Made by a program: the position numbers and the translations under genes. Positions 1 through 7,723 of a stretch of 29,243 nt of DNA are shown here, piece by piece (position 1 is the stretch's first letter; each line of letters begins with the position of its first letter). Source of the DNA: a virus (lineage: Duplodnaviria; Heunggongvirae; Uroviricota; Caudoviricetes); IMG/VR virus record IMGVR_UViG_3300019867_000001, positions 1 to 29,243 of that record, one strand, 5' to 3'. A model generated the notes under the pieces. That model saw nothing but the letters and a program-made list of their open reading frames with translations, searched no databases and was not told the origin of the DNA.

Positions 1-11
1 TATTTTTTGTT

Positions 12-69
12 AAAAAAAAAAAAAAAAAAAAACCAAAACACCCTACCCTTTTGGGGTAAGATGTTTTGG
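12..69 (-). terminator. Intrinsic terminator closing the minus-strand accessory region
   Basis: Hairpin 33-69 (CCAAAACA/TGTTTTGG outer stem, TACCC/GGGTA inner stem) followed on the minus strand by a 21-nt T run (A12-32). It lies just after the stop of ORF 84..491. The homopolymer length may be a sequencing artefact. Confidence 0.75.
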
Positions 70-83
70 GATAAAGAAAACAA

Positions 84-491
84 CTAAACTACTACTGAGA
101 TACCGTAATGTCCAATTATCACTCTTAATTCTTTGACATTACTTTCTTTTATAAAAAACAGCATCTCAGCTGTCTTATCAAGATTCTTAATACCTCGAAC
201 CTTTATTGAATTAAATATACTACCTTGCAATCTTACGTACTCTGTAATTTGCAATGTTTTTGGATTAAACCGTTTTACACCATAAATAAAACGTTTATCA
301 ATAAATGTTTTATATAGTGTCATTTCTATTGCTGGTTCAATTTTTGAAATTACCGGATACCAACCATGAAGATCTAAATTGATATCTGATTCATCCGGTA
401 ATTGTTTTACTTCTACTTTTCGCTTAGGTTTTTGTGGTCTTAGTTCTTCTGGTTCAGCTTGCTGATACCAAGGCTCATTTTGTCGGTTCAT
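84..491 (-). CDS. Hypothetical protein (135 aa)
   Basis: Same strand as all neighbours, overlaps the upstream ORF end, followed by a terminator; no recognisable motif. Confidence 0.6.
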   Translation of the reverse strand: MNRQNEPWYQQAEPEELRPQKPKRKVEVKQLPDESDINLDLHGWYPVISKIEPAIEMTLYKTFIDKRFIYGVKRFNPKTLQITEYVRLQGSIFNSIKVRGIKNLDKTAEMLFFIKESNVKELRVIIGHYGISVVV

Positions 492-729
492 TATTTAGAA
501 CTCTTTTTGAATCGATATACGCTTTTGCCTTTGGTGTAACAAGTGTTGCAATGAATGAGAAAATTGCTGCACCAATTACAAACAGCTTTGCTGCAACAAT
601 CGTACTTACACCGATTAATGCAATTCCCCAAAAAATCGGAGAACGTCCAATTACAAAGATAGCTGCCAATGCAATTGCAAACAGCATAACCGTAAATGCA
701 ACATTCAGTGCTTTCCACAACAGTTTCAT
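475..729 (-). CDS. Small membrane protein (84 aa)
   Basis: 2-3 hydrophobic segments; ATGA start/stop overlap with ORF 726..977. Confidence 0.7.
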   Translation of the reverse strand: MKLLWKALNVAFTVMLFAIALAAIFVIGRSPIFWGIALIGVSTIVAAKLFVIGAAIFSFIATLVTPKAKAYIDSKRVLNNEPTK

Positions 730-977
730 TTGAAGTTCCTCTTGGATAGTTTAGTAAAAATAAAAGAAAGGATGGTTATAGGTGGTATTAACACAAATCC
801 TGCAATCAATATAAATAATTGCAAGGGGAGAATAATAACTGCAAGCACTACTTTAGCAGTTATAAATACTATCCCTAAAATAAATGTAAGGATATAAGTC
901 AATAAAACAAAAATTCCTTTTGTAATAGCCGAAACTACATCGAACAAAAATAAAAACGGTGTAAATAAAATATTCAT
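726..977 (-). CDS. Small membrane protein (83 aa)
   Basis: Almost entirely hydrophobic with a basic C-terminus; AGGAAA upstream of ATG. Confidence 0.7.
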   Translation of the reverse strand: MNILFTPFLFLFDVVSAITKGIFVLLTYILTFILGIVFITAKVVLAVIILPLQLFILIAGFVLIPPITILSFIFTKLSKRNFK

Positions 978-1002
978 GAAGTTTCCTTAAATAAAAATGG
1001 AT

Positions 1003-1119
1003 TCATTTAAATTTTTTTTCGGAAATATAAATTGTTAGCACATTAAGACTAATAACTATGCAAAGCAACCACCAAAGAAGTGTTGCAATTTGTCCTGCAA
1101 ATATACAAAGTGCTTTCAT
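1003..1119 (-). CDS. 38-aa single-pass membrane microprotein (not in ORF track)
   Basis: Hand-translated MKALCIFAGQIATLLWWLLCIVISLNVLTIYISEKKFK; AAGGAA upstream. Confidence 0.5.
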   Translation of the reverse strand: MKALCIFAGQIATLLWWLLCIVISLNVLTIYISEKKFK

Positions 1120-1453
1120 TATATTCCTTAAATGAAAAAGAACCGGTAAAAATTTTGTTTATTGCTTGTTAGCAAGTTAATTCTTATAAATGTCTTACTA
1201 TCAACATTTATAAAAATAGAAATTTAAAAGTACTCATAATACTCTTAAATTTCCCCTCTATCTGCTTCTTATAACTACTTCTGGTTCTTTATTCCAGAGA
1301 CTTTTAATACTCTTTACAAGCTTAAGCATGAGATTCTCCTAAAGTTGAGTATATTTCAATTCTTTTAGAATACATCCTTAAAGCAGAATGTATCGTTTAG
1401 TAAGTTACACTATTTACTCGATTTAACATCTTTTGGACGTATTTCTGTACTGC

Positions 1454-1681
1454 TTATTTCGAGCAGTCTTCTGGTAGTTTTCTCAGTGATACAAAGAATA
1501 CACTAATAGCCGTAATAACTGAACAAATCTTTACAACTGCAATCGAGACTGCCGAAATGAACACAAACCCAAGAAGACTTGGTGCAAGTATCGTTGCAAG
1601 TGCAAATCCAAACAAGATTGCAAAATACAATGCAATAATCGCCAATACAGAGCATACCATAATTTTCAAAAGCTTAAACAT
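1454..1681 (-). CDS. Small membrane protein (75 aa)
   Basis: Two long hydrophobic stretches; TAAGGAG RBS upstream. Confidence 0.7.
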   Translation of the reverse strand: MFKLLKIMVCSVLAIIALYFAILFGFALATILAPSLLGFVFISAVSIAVVKICSVITAISVFFVSLRKLPEDCSK

Positions 1682-1687
1682 AAATTT

Positions 1688-1745
1688 ACTCCTTACTAGT
1701 TGTGGTTAAACGTTCAGAAAAGGATACAAAAACTTGTATCCTTTT
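1688..1745 (-). repeat. Intergenic cassette copy 1: hairpin + TCTGAACGTTTAA + TAGTAAGGAGT (RBS)
   Basis: ACTCCTTACTA (1688-1698) and TTAAACGTTCAGA (1706-1718) recur at 1953-1963 and 1972-1984; perfect hairpin AAAGGATACAA/TTGTATCCTTT. Confidence 0.7.
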
Positions 1746-1746
1746 G

Positions 1747-1947
1747 TTACTTAATTGAATGCAAACGGAATCCAGAATTCTTCCTGGATGTAGTTGCAAA
1801 CCATTGGTATACCCAACCAGCTGCTCCTGCAAGTGCAATTACAAGCAATATGGGTACTTTGAAAGCTTTTCCAAGAATTCCGATAAGCATACCGAGTATT
1901 ACGCAAATCGTGAGATCACCAATAACAATTACAAGTTCTTTGTTCAT
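1747..1947 (-). CDS. Small membrane protein (66 aa)
   Basis: Two hydrophobic helices; TAAGGAG RBS upstream. Confidence 0.7.
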   Translation of the reverse strand: MNKELVIVIGDLTICVILGMLIGILGKAFKVPILLVIALAGAAGWVYQWFATTSRKNSGFRLHSIK

Positions 1948-1952
1948 TTAAA

Positions 1953-2015
1953 ACTCCTTACTAATTTACAATTAAACGTTCAGAGGAGAATACAATTCTT
2001 ACTATATTCTCTTAT
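1953..2015 (-). repeat. Intergenic cassette copy 2
   Basis: Same two motifs as 1688-1718, adjacent to an imperfect GAGAATA/TATTCTC hairpin. Confidence 0.65.
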
Positions 2016-2023
2016 TTGCGTGG

Positions 2024-2284
2024 TTAATTAGAATCCCCTATTGCACGAGACTGAATAAGATTTAAGTCCCCGGTTACTTCAGTTCCACGACTCATTATAC
2101 TAGTTTCTAGTTCTTTTAAGCAGTAGTGAAAAAGTCTTTCTTTCATTTTATAAGATATATGCTCTTTATCTATTACTCCTTGGCAGGCTTCACCAATAGC
2201 CTCAGCGGATATATACATTGCATGTTCTTCTTTTGCGCAGCCAAATGTGCAAACTAAAACCAATAACAATAATAGATATTTCAT
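2024..2284 (-). CDS. Putative lipoprotein (86 aa)
   Basis: MKYLLLLLVLVCTFGC: basic N-terminus, hydrophobic core and lipobox-like cysteine. Confidence 0.6.
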   Translation of the reverse strand: MKYLLLLLVLVCTFGCAKEEHAMYISAEAIGEACQGVIDKEHISYKMKERLFHYCLKELETSIMSRGTEVTGDLNLIQSRAIGDSN

Positions 2285-2550
2285 TTGATGTTCCCCTTAG
2301 ATTTAGAAAAAGCATTATTGCTTTCTCTTTAACAGTAATGCTAAATTTAACATCTCTTAGACGTAATACTTTGAAAGACACTCCGGATGCCACTCCGATA
2401 AGTCCCTGCAAGAACTTTTCCCTTGTTACATACAATTGCAGTTGTATGCTTTTTCGAGAATATTAAATTCACCCACATTGAGATGAATTAGCTACACTTC
2501 AGATTATTCTGAAATGCCAGTGCCTTTCAAGGTATTACTTCTTTTTCTCT

Positions 2551-2578
2551 ATCATATAAGATACTTCCTTTTGCGCAG
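2551..2578 (-). promoter_or_regulatory. Repeated phage promoter motif, copy 1 of 5
   Basis: Minus strand CTGCGC-N9-TATCTTA-TATGAT; the core GTATCTTATATGA is identical at five intergenic sites. Confidence 0.75.
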
Positions 2579-2669
2579 TTTATTTCCTAAAAATAATAAT
2601 AGAATACAGCATTGTACGCTATCACCTGTTAATTGCCAGAATTATTTCACGTAGTGCCGTATTTTGTTG

Positions 2670-3212
2670 TTATTTCATTCGAAGTTGGTTGATAGGCCTC
2701 CATTCAAAAAATGAAGTTCTATCTGATGCAATTTCCATGTATTCTGATTTTATTGCTTCTATTGGCAATACTAATCTAAATACATATTGCATACATGTTG
2801 TTGGCAATCCAATGTAAGATGGCGCAACGTTATCAGGAATGAATGTTTTGCTTATAAGCTCCAAACTAACAAGATGCTTATCCTCTAAATCTAATTCTTC
2901 TTTGAGTTCCCTTTTCATACCTTCAAAAGGATCTTCATTGAATTTCAACTTACCAGATACAGGGATCATACGCTCTCGTATTCTTCCATCTATAAAAATT
3001 TGTTTCACTTCCAATAATTCATCGACTGAATCAGGTCTTCCAATACGGCATTGGCCAACAACGAAATGTCTAATACCTTTATTATCGAGTGCTGAATCGC
3101 CATTATTGATTTCTTCTAATAACTCTTCTTCTGTTAAAAACCAATGTTCTGTTGATAACCCATTAGAGGTTAATATTCTAAGCAATTCTTGCATTTCCAT
3201 ATTTATCCCCAT
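2670..3212 (-). CDS. Nudix hydrolase-like protein (180 aa)
   Basis: Nudix box GKLKFNEDPFEGMKRELKEELDL fits GX5EX7REUXEEXGU apart from the final G. Confidence 0.75.
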   Translation of the reverse strand: MGINMEMQELLRILTSNGLSTEHWFLTEEELLEEINNGDSALDNKGIRHFVVGQCRIGRPDSVDELLEVKQIFIDGRIRERMIPVSGKLKFNEDPFEGMKRELKEELDLEDKHLVSLELISKTFIPDNVAPSYIGLPTTCMQYVFRLVLPIEAIKSEYMEIASDRTSFFEWRPINQLRMK

Positions 3213-3217
3213 TTAGA

Positions 3218-3472
3218 TTATTGAACAGTTTCTGCTTCTAAGCTTTCTTCAAGCCTTTGCTTTAAAAGTGGAATTAACTTAATTAAAAGTCTATTATCTC
3301 CACCAAACATAAAAACTGCATCATTTCCTTTTACTGCAATTACTGCATAACTATCAGGATTTGGTTCAGTATCCTTAATAACTTTCATCAATGGTATAAA
3401 TTCATTCATTATAATATCTCCTATGTCCGATACACGCTTCGGAACCGAGCGGCAGTCTTTCCTGCTGGACAT
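3218..3472 (-). CDS. Hypothetical protein (84 aa)
   Basis: Tightly packed, co-oriented ORF; the true start may be an internal Met. Confidence 0.55.
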   Translation of the reverse strand: MSSRKDCRSVPKRVSDIGDIIMNEFIPLMKVIKDTEPNPDSYAVIAVKGNDAVFMFGGDNRLLIKLIPLLKQRLEESLEAETVQ

Positions 3473-3476
3473 GGAC

Positions 3477-3755
3477 TCACAATCTCTCCATTTTCATTAT
3501 TTGCTTCAGGCCGTGTTTCCATTGGCCTTTGTCAAAATAACTATCCAAGTTGCCGGTGAAAGCAATTTCAGCACCGACACACATTTCACCGATAACTTTA
3601 CAGTTATCATTAAAATCCCGTTCGCGAATACAAATATGCTCGCGTAGCACTGAGGTTCCGTTTCGGGGATGCGCCAAAATTATAACGCATTCTCCATTGT
3701 TGTTTCGGAGATCCCTAACGATACTAACTAAACGTACTGCTGTAGTTCTGTTCAT
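3477..3755 (-). CDS. Hypothetical protein (92 aa)
   Basis: AAGGAG RBS upstream; tightly packed. Confidence 0.65.
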   Translation of the reverse strand: MNRTTAVRLVSIVRDLRNNNGECVIILAHPRNGTSVLREHICIRERDFNDNCKVIGEMCVGAEIAFTGNLDSYFDKGQWKHGLKQIMKMERL

Positions 3756-3774
3756 TTGGATCTCCTTGTTTAAA

Positions 3775-4137
3775 TTAAATAATTTCCCAACGTTGGATTG
3801 TTAATTCAGGAATATTATGCTGATTAGCATATTGTCCTTTTGCTTCAATTACATAGTAACTAATACCAAAATCTTTAGCCATTTTGATATATGGTTCCAT
3901 TTCCCATCTTTGAGAAAAAGTATTAGAGACAATTACGTCATCTCCACTCCAAAGCCCTATGAAACATGCATATTGACACCAATTATGCGCTTCTCTAAGC
4001 TTTTCAGAATTAAATACGTACTCATCATTCTCATTGATAAAATACATATCTGTTTCTAAATGAGTAAAACCTGGATACTCATTTATTGCAAGAGTACTCT
4101 TACCGCTTCCAGGCAAACCACGAATAAGCACAAGCAT
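3775..4137 (-). CDS. P-loop kinase (AAA_33 / polynucleotide-kinase-like, 120 aa)
   Basis: N-terminal Walker A LIRGLPGSGKST, then HLETD, VIVSNTF and a C-terminal HNIP motif typical of this small phage family. Confidence 0.8.
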   Translation of the reverse strand: MLVLIRGLPGSGKSTLAINEYPGFTHLETDMYFINENDEYVFNSEKLREAHNWCQYACFIGLWSGDDVIVSNTFSQRWEMEPYIKMAKDFGISYYVIEAKGQYANQHNIPELTIQRWEII

Positions 4138-4157
4138 TTTAAAACCCCATTTAAAGA

Positions 4158-4200
4158 TAACAAGAAAAGTAGGACAAGAAACTTACCTACCTTTCCTGAA
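4158..4200 (-). repeat. Structured intergenic element family A, copy 1
   Basis: Outer arms TAACAAGAAA...CTTTCCTGAA shared with 4600-4645 and 6135-6180; inner GTAGG/CCTAC stem. Confidence 0.7.
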
Positions 4201-4204
4201 CACT

Positions 4205-4519
4205 TTAATCTTTTACTTGCACTGTGGACTGATTATGCCTCAACCAGTATACAATGTCTCTTGCGTGAATCAAATCCAATACTTTTACCCTGTTCAAATC
4301 AGACGTTGCCAACGCCTTAGAAAATTTACCAATGGTTGAACATGGGTACATTGACGTAGTTTCAGTAGCAAGCCGAAGAACCTTTACTGCAGGGACAATA
4401 TCACCCCTTGCAATCAATTCCATAACTTCACTCCATTGCACATCGGTCGGAAAATTGACACCTTCATTTGCAATGAAATGATAAAGAAAGCTGATAATAT
4501 TCGCATTCAGATAAATCAT
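4205..4519 (-). CDS. Hypothetical protein (104 aa)
   Basis: First ORF after promoter copy 2; GAGGAA upstream. Confidence 0.6.
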   Translation of the reverse strand: MIYLNANIISFLYHFIANEGVNFPTDVQWSEVMELIARGDIVPAVKVLRLATETTSMYPCSTIGKFSKALATSDLNRVKVLDLIHARDIVYWLRHNQSTVQVKD

Positions 4520-4563
4520 TTAATATTCCTCTTGGATTTAAAGAAAGCACTATTGCTTTCTCT

Positions 4564-4591
4564 TTCATATAAGATACTGTTATTTGCGCAA
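4564..4591 (-). promoter_or_regulatory. Repeated phage promoter motif, copy 2
   Basis: Minus strand TTGCGC-N9-TATCTTA-TATGAA. Confidence 0.75.
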
Positions 4592-4599
4592 GTTAAAGA

Positions 4600-4645
4600 T
4601 AACAAGAAAGCTAAAACAGCTAACTGGCTGTAAAGCTTTCCTGAA
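4600..4645 (-). repeat. Structured intergenic element family A, copy 2
   Basis: TAACAAGAAAG-[25-nt inner hairpin]-CTTTCCTGAA. Confidence 0.75.
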
Positions 4646-4649
4646 TACT

Positions 4650-5453
4650 TTATTTCCCTTTGCCTTTCTTCAAAGGGTATCTTTCCTCTGCAACATTCTT
4701 AATAATATGCAAAGGTCTTTTATGCATAAAATACCAAATACCATTTTGAATTTTTATAAAAGCACTATTTCACATCTGCTCATTAGATGTAATTGCATTA
4801 GAATTAGCCAACAAAAAATTTCGAATAGCAATTGCTGCACTATCCTCGTCCCCATTAGCAAATCCTTTTGAAACAACAGTACCAAAAGAAGCAAGTCTTT
4901 CTTTATCTTCCTCATGATACTATGCTCTAGCAAAAGCAGCATTACTCACAGCACTACGGATATTTTTACCACTAAATCCATGTGCTGTAGCAAATTTAAT
5001 TGCTTCTTCGTGCTTACGGAAAAAACCAAGCTTTTGAGTATTAGTAAGCGTTCCCCAAGAGGTTCGTTTTCCAGTTTCTACGGCTCTTGCAATTGCAATG
5101 CCAGCGTTAGAAAGACCTTCTCCAATGCCGCCAATTCTAGCATTATCAATTGCTGTACGTATAGCACCAGTATCAACATTGAGTGCAGCTTCTTTAGGAA
5201 AATCACGAACTACCCAAAAATCTTGAGGTGTTCCTGATTCAACTATTGCCCATAATCGATGCTGTCCGTCGGCTATATCGCCGTCTTCATAAAAAATAAT
5301 ATTAGCAGCGCATGCAGTCCAAGTACCAGCAGTCATATCTGATGTGTACTTTTCTACTAAACCTGGACGAAGTGTCCGATTCACTTTATTATGATTCAAG
5401 TATTTTTTTGCAAGAGTCGGGGTAATATGCTCAAAGACTGCTTTCTGGGCCAT
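4650..5453 (-). pseudogene. ParB-like / DGQHR-domain gene with two in-frame stops
   Basis: 177-aa ORF with ITPTLAKKYL..NRTL..DGQHRLWAIVESG. The frame continues through TAG (4920-4922) and TGA (4770-4772) to TAA at 4650-4652, giving 267 codons of protein-like sequence. Confidence 0.7.
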
Positions 5454-5455
5454 GA

Positions 5456-5728
5456 TTACACTTTCGGCAATTCTTCATGCTGCTCGATAGCAGACTTCAA
5501 GTTTTCAATAATTACTTCTTTATTGGAAATTTCAGTTTCAAGTACTTGAATCTTTTCGAGTGCAGCTTTCAAACGTTTCGATACCGGCAGTTCATCAACT
5601 ACCGGCAAATTCCGAATACGTTCAGCAATCATTGTTGCTGTACAAAAAGCTGCATTTGAAACACCTTTACCTTTTCTTTCTGGAATAGCAGAAAGCACTA
5701 CTGACCGCGACAACAGAGCGTCGTTCAT
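5456..5728 (-). CDS. Hypothetical protein with C-terminal coiled coil (90 aa)
   Basis: AAAGGA upstream; heptad-like C-terminus. Confidence 0.65.
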   Translation of the reverse strand: MNDALLSRSVVLSAIPERKGKGVSNAAFCTATMIAERIRNLPVVDELPVSKRLKAALEKIQVLETEISNKEVIIENLKSAIEQHEELPKV

Positions 5729-5916
5729 TGCGTTCGTTCCTTTGTGAATAAAATGATTAATAACGGATTATTGCATTACAGCAAGTTCTTGTATTTTAAA
5801 ATCCAAAACAAAAAACTTTTTAACTCTATTATTTTCTGTATTGGGTGTAAGCCAAAAATCAATAAAGCTCTTTGCTTCATTTGTAGAAACAAAAAGAGTT
5901 GGTGATTTTATAGATG

Positions 5917-6120
5917 TTATTGTATATACCTTACCACTCTTTTTTGAAATTGAGTTTTCATTTGCAAATCAAGAAAAGAAGGCATTAATTCAATATCTTT
6001 TATACCATCACTTAAGCTTTTAAACTTAACAAAATATGATACTTCGTCTTTAATCAAAATCACTACGTAACCAACTGTTACTGGTTTAGTTAAGGACAAT
6101 GTCCTTTTTTGTGTAAGCAT
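5917..6120 (-). CDS. Hypothetical protein (67 aa)
   Basis: AAGGAG RBS upstream. Confidence 0.55.
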   Translation of the reverse strand: MLTQKRTLSLTKPVTVGYVVILIKDEVSYFVKFKSLSDGIKDIELMPSFLDLQMKTQFQKRVVRYIQ

Positions 6121-6134
6121 ATTGCTCCTTTAAT

Positions 6135-6180
6135 TAACAAGAAAGCCTTACAGTTAGTTAACTGTTTTAGCTTTCCTGAA
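6135..6180 (-). repeat. Structured intergenic element family A, copy 3
   Basis: Same outer arms; inner 25 nt match the reverse complement of the copy 2 inner segment at 21/25 positions. Confidence 0.75.
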
Positions 6181-6184
6181 TATT

Positions 6185-6412
6185 TTATTTTTTAATGTAC
6201 CCATCCGCAATTAACTGAGCATCAATGATACTCATAAGCGCTTGTTGAGTTTCTTCTGTTACACCGAATTCAAAAATATTCGGTGGTCTACCAATAGCAT
6301 GAAGCCGAATGAGTTCTGCTTCAAGTTCTGGAGTATGGCGATGTCTTGTACGTAGATACTCAATATCAGCTGCACAAGATTCCTCCACACCAAGTTCTTG
6401 CATTATATCCAT
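6185..6412 (-). CDS. Hypothetical protein (75 aa)
   Basis: AGGAG RBS; follows promoter copy 3. Confidence 0.7.
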   Translation of the reverse strand: MDIMQELGVEESCAADIEYLRTRHRHTPELEAELIRLHAIGRPPNIFEFGVTEETQQALMSIIDAQLIADGYIKK

Positions 6413-6464
6413 TTCAGTCTCCTGTTAATCAAAAGAATAGTTTTCATTTATATCCTCTTGGGTT

Positions 6465-6492
6465 ATCATATAAGATACTCCAAAACCCGCAG
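6465..6492 (-). promoter_or_regulatory. Repeated phage promoter motif, copy 3
   Basis: Minus strand CTGCGG-N9-TATCTTA-TATGAT; the -35-like hexamer lies within the adjacent terminator stem. Confidence 0.75.
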
Positions 6493-6505
6493 TTTCTACG
6501 GGCTT
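6482..6505 (-). terminator. Intrinsic terminator-like hairpin
   Basis: Minus strand GCCCGTAG-AAA-CTGCGGGT followed by TTT, directly after the stop of ORF 6515..7207. Confidence 0.65.
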
Positions 6506-6514
6506 CAGGCTAGC

Positions 6515-7207
6515 TTAATCTAGGCAGTAAAGCTCCTCTAGCTTCGCTCGGATCTTATCCATGCCTTCATTGATAAAAATTCGCTTATTAGCTGGTACAA
6601 GATTTTGTGCAGCATGTGTTGTAAATTTAGTCCATAATACAACATGTGCTGCATTAGCAACGTTTTTACCAATCAAATCTAGTTGACTGGCATCAAAAAC
6701 TCGTAAATCTAACAATTTACCGAATTCACGATTTAGCATTGTTGCTTGATCTTCTTTTGGACCAATCACAACAACTTTTCGTTTTTGTTGTTTGTCATCT
6801 TCAGTAATTGAAGTTACACTTCGACTCAAAATTCCAATTAGTCTACTCTTCAAGCTATTTGCAAGTGCATTTGCTACTTTATCAGCGAATCGTTCTGCAA
6901 ACTTATCAATAAGATGCTCAAAAGTAACAACTGATTGTTCTTCAGTCTTAACAGGTTCTATTAATTGAATTATTTCTTTGATTTCTTCTTTTTTAATTTC
7001 AGAAGAATAATCATTTAACTTGCAAATTTCAACAATCCTTTCAAGCTGCGAAATACCTTTCAAAGGTCTCTGCCGATTCTTTGGGAGAATCTCTTGTGCT
7101 TTTCTAACGGCATCCAAGATAGATGTATTACCATTACTCGAAATTAAATGTCTTGCACGATTGCCTACTTCGAGCATTTCTTGCTCGTTCCAGCGAATTT
7201 TGATCAT
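6515..7207 (-). CDS. Hypothetical protein (230 aa)
   Basis: Long ORF with AAGGAG RBS; helical N-terminus and alpha/beta-like C-terminus; no family recognised with confidence. Confidence 0.8.
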   Translation of the reverse strand: MIKIRWNEQEMLEVGNRARHLISSNGNTSILDAVRKAQEILPKNRQRPLKGISQLERIVEICKLNDYSSEIKKEEIKEIIQLIEPVKTEEQSVVTFEHLIDKFAERFADKVANALANSLKSRLIGILSRSVTSITEDDKQQKRKVVVIGPKEDQATMLNREFGKLLDLRVFDASQLDLIGKNVANAAHVVLWTKFTTHAAQNLVPANKRIFINEGMDKIRAKLEELYCLD

Positions 7208-7260
7208 TTAAGCTCCTTGATTAAAAGCCTAAAACCCATACAGGTCTTAGGCTATTTGGT

Positions 7261-7647
7261 TTACAAGCTATCCCAAACTTGGGACAACAGGTCACGTGGA
7301 TGTGTTTTCATAAGCATCGCAAACCGGCAGACTTCTGGAAGCTCAAGAAGCCTTGCTTGTTTACGTTGCCAATCAATTACATCCCTCCGAACTTGTATAT
7401 CGATATTCTCTCGACGATACACATGGACTAATCCATTGTCCATATAATTCGGATCATTAAGATCTTCGAAAGAATACTTCTCAAGCCATATAGCAACTTG
7501 TTCTGTATCCTCAACGAAGAAATCCCAATCTGTGTCCTTAAGCACGTAACTCGGAGTCAGCTTCCGGCTACCTGTTAAGTAAAACACAAACGGTGCTTTT
7601 TCGATTAAAGCAAGCACCCTGCTTTGTACTATTGGCAAATCAAACAT
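7261..7647 (-). CDS. Minimal Pol-beta-superfamily nucleotidyltransferase-like protein (128 aa)
   Basis: YLTGSRKLTPSYVLKDTDWDFFV fits hG[GS]x(9-13)Dh[DE]h; a candidate third acidic residue lies in IDIQV; AAAGGAG RBS. Confidence 0.7.
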   Translation of the reverse strand: MFDLPIVQSRVLALIEKAPFVFYLTGSRKLTPSYVLKDTDWDFFVEDTEQVAIWLEKYSFEDLNDPNYMDNGLVHVYRRENIDIQVRRDVIDWQRKQARLLELPEVCRFAMLMKTHPRDLLSQVWDSL

Positions 7648-7655
7648 CAGCTTCT

Positions 7656-7723
7656 CCTTTCAAGGTTAGGCAATATCAAACGATATCACCTTTACTGCAA
7701 ATTAATATTGCCTTCTTGAAAGG
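7656..7723 (-). promoter_or_regulatory. Long hairpin between array and nucleotidyltransferase gene, overlapping its RBS
   Basis: CCTTTCAAG (7656-7664) pairs with CTTGAAAGG (7715-7723); AGGCAATAT (7668-7676) pairs with ATATTGCCT (7705-7713). Confidence 0.65.

Noticed and set aside
12-32. 21-nt poly-A as a genome end, poly(A) tail or retro-insertion mark
   Set aside because: It is adequately explained as the U-tract of the adjacent terminator; the length may be inflated by homopolymer error.
2202-2435. 77-aa minus-strand ORF
   Set aside because: It overlaps the lipoprotein gene by 83 nt, has no clear RBS and no motif; it cannot be supported, though a shorter real gene here is not excluded.
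4650-5453. Genome-wide stop-codon reassignment (TAG or TGA)
   Set aside because: The 2435-aa and 1808-aa genes are open in the standard code, other genes end in TAG or TGA with tight coupling to the next gene, and the only tRNA is Leu(UAA), not a suppressor.
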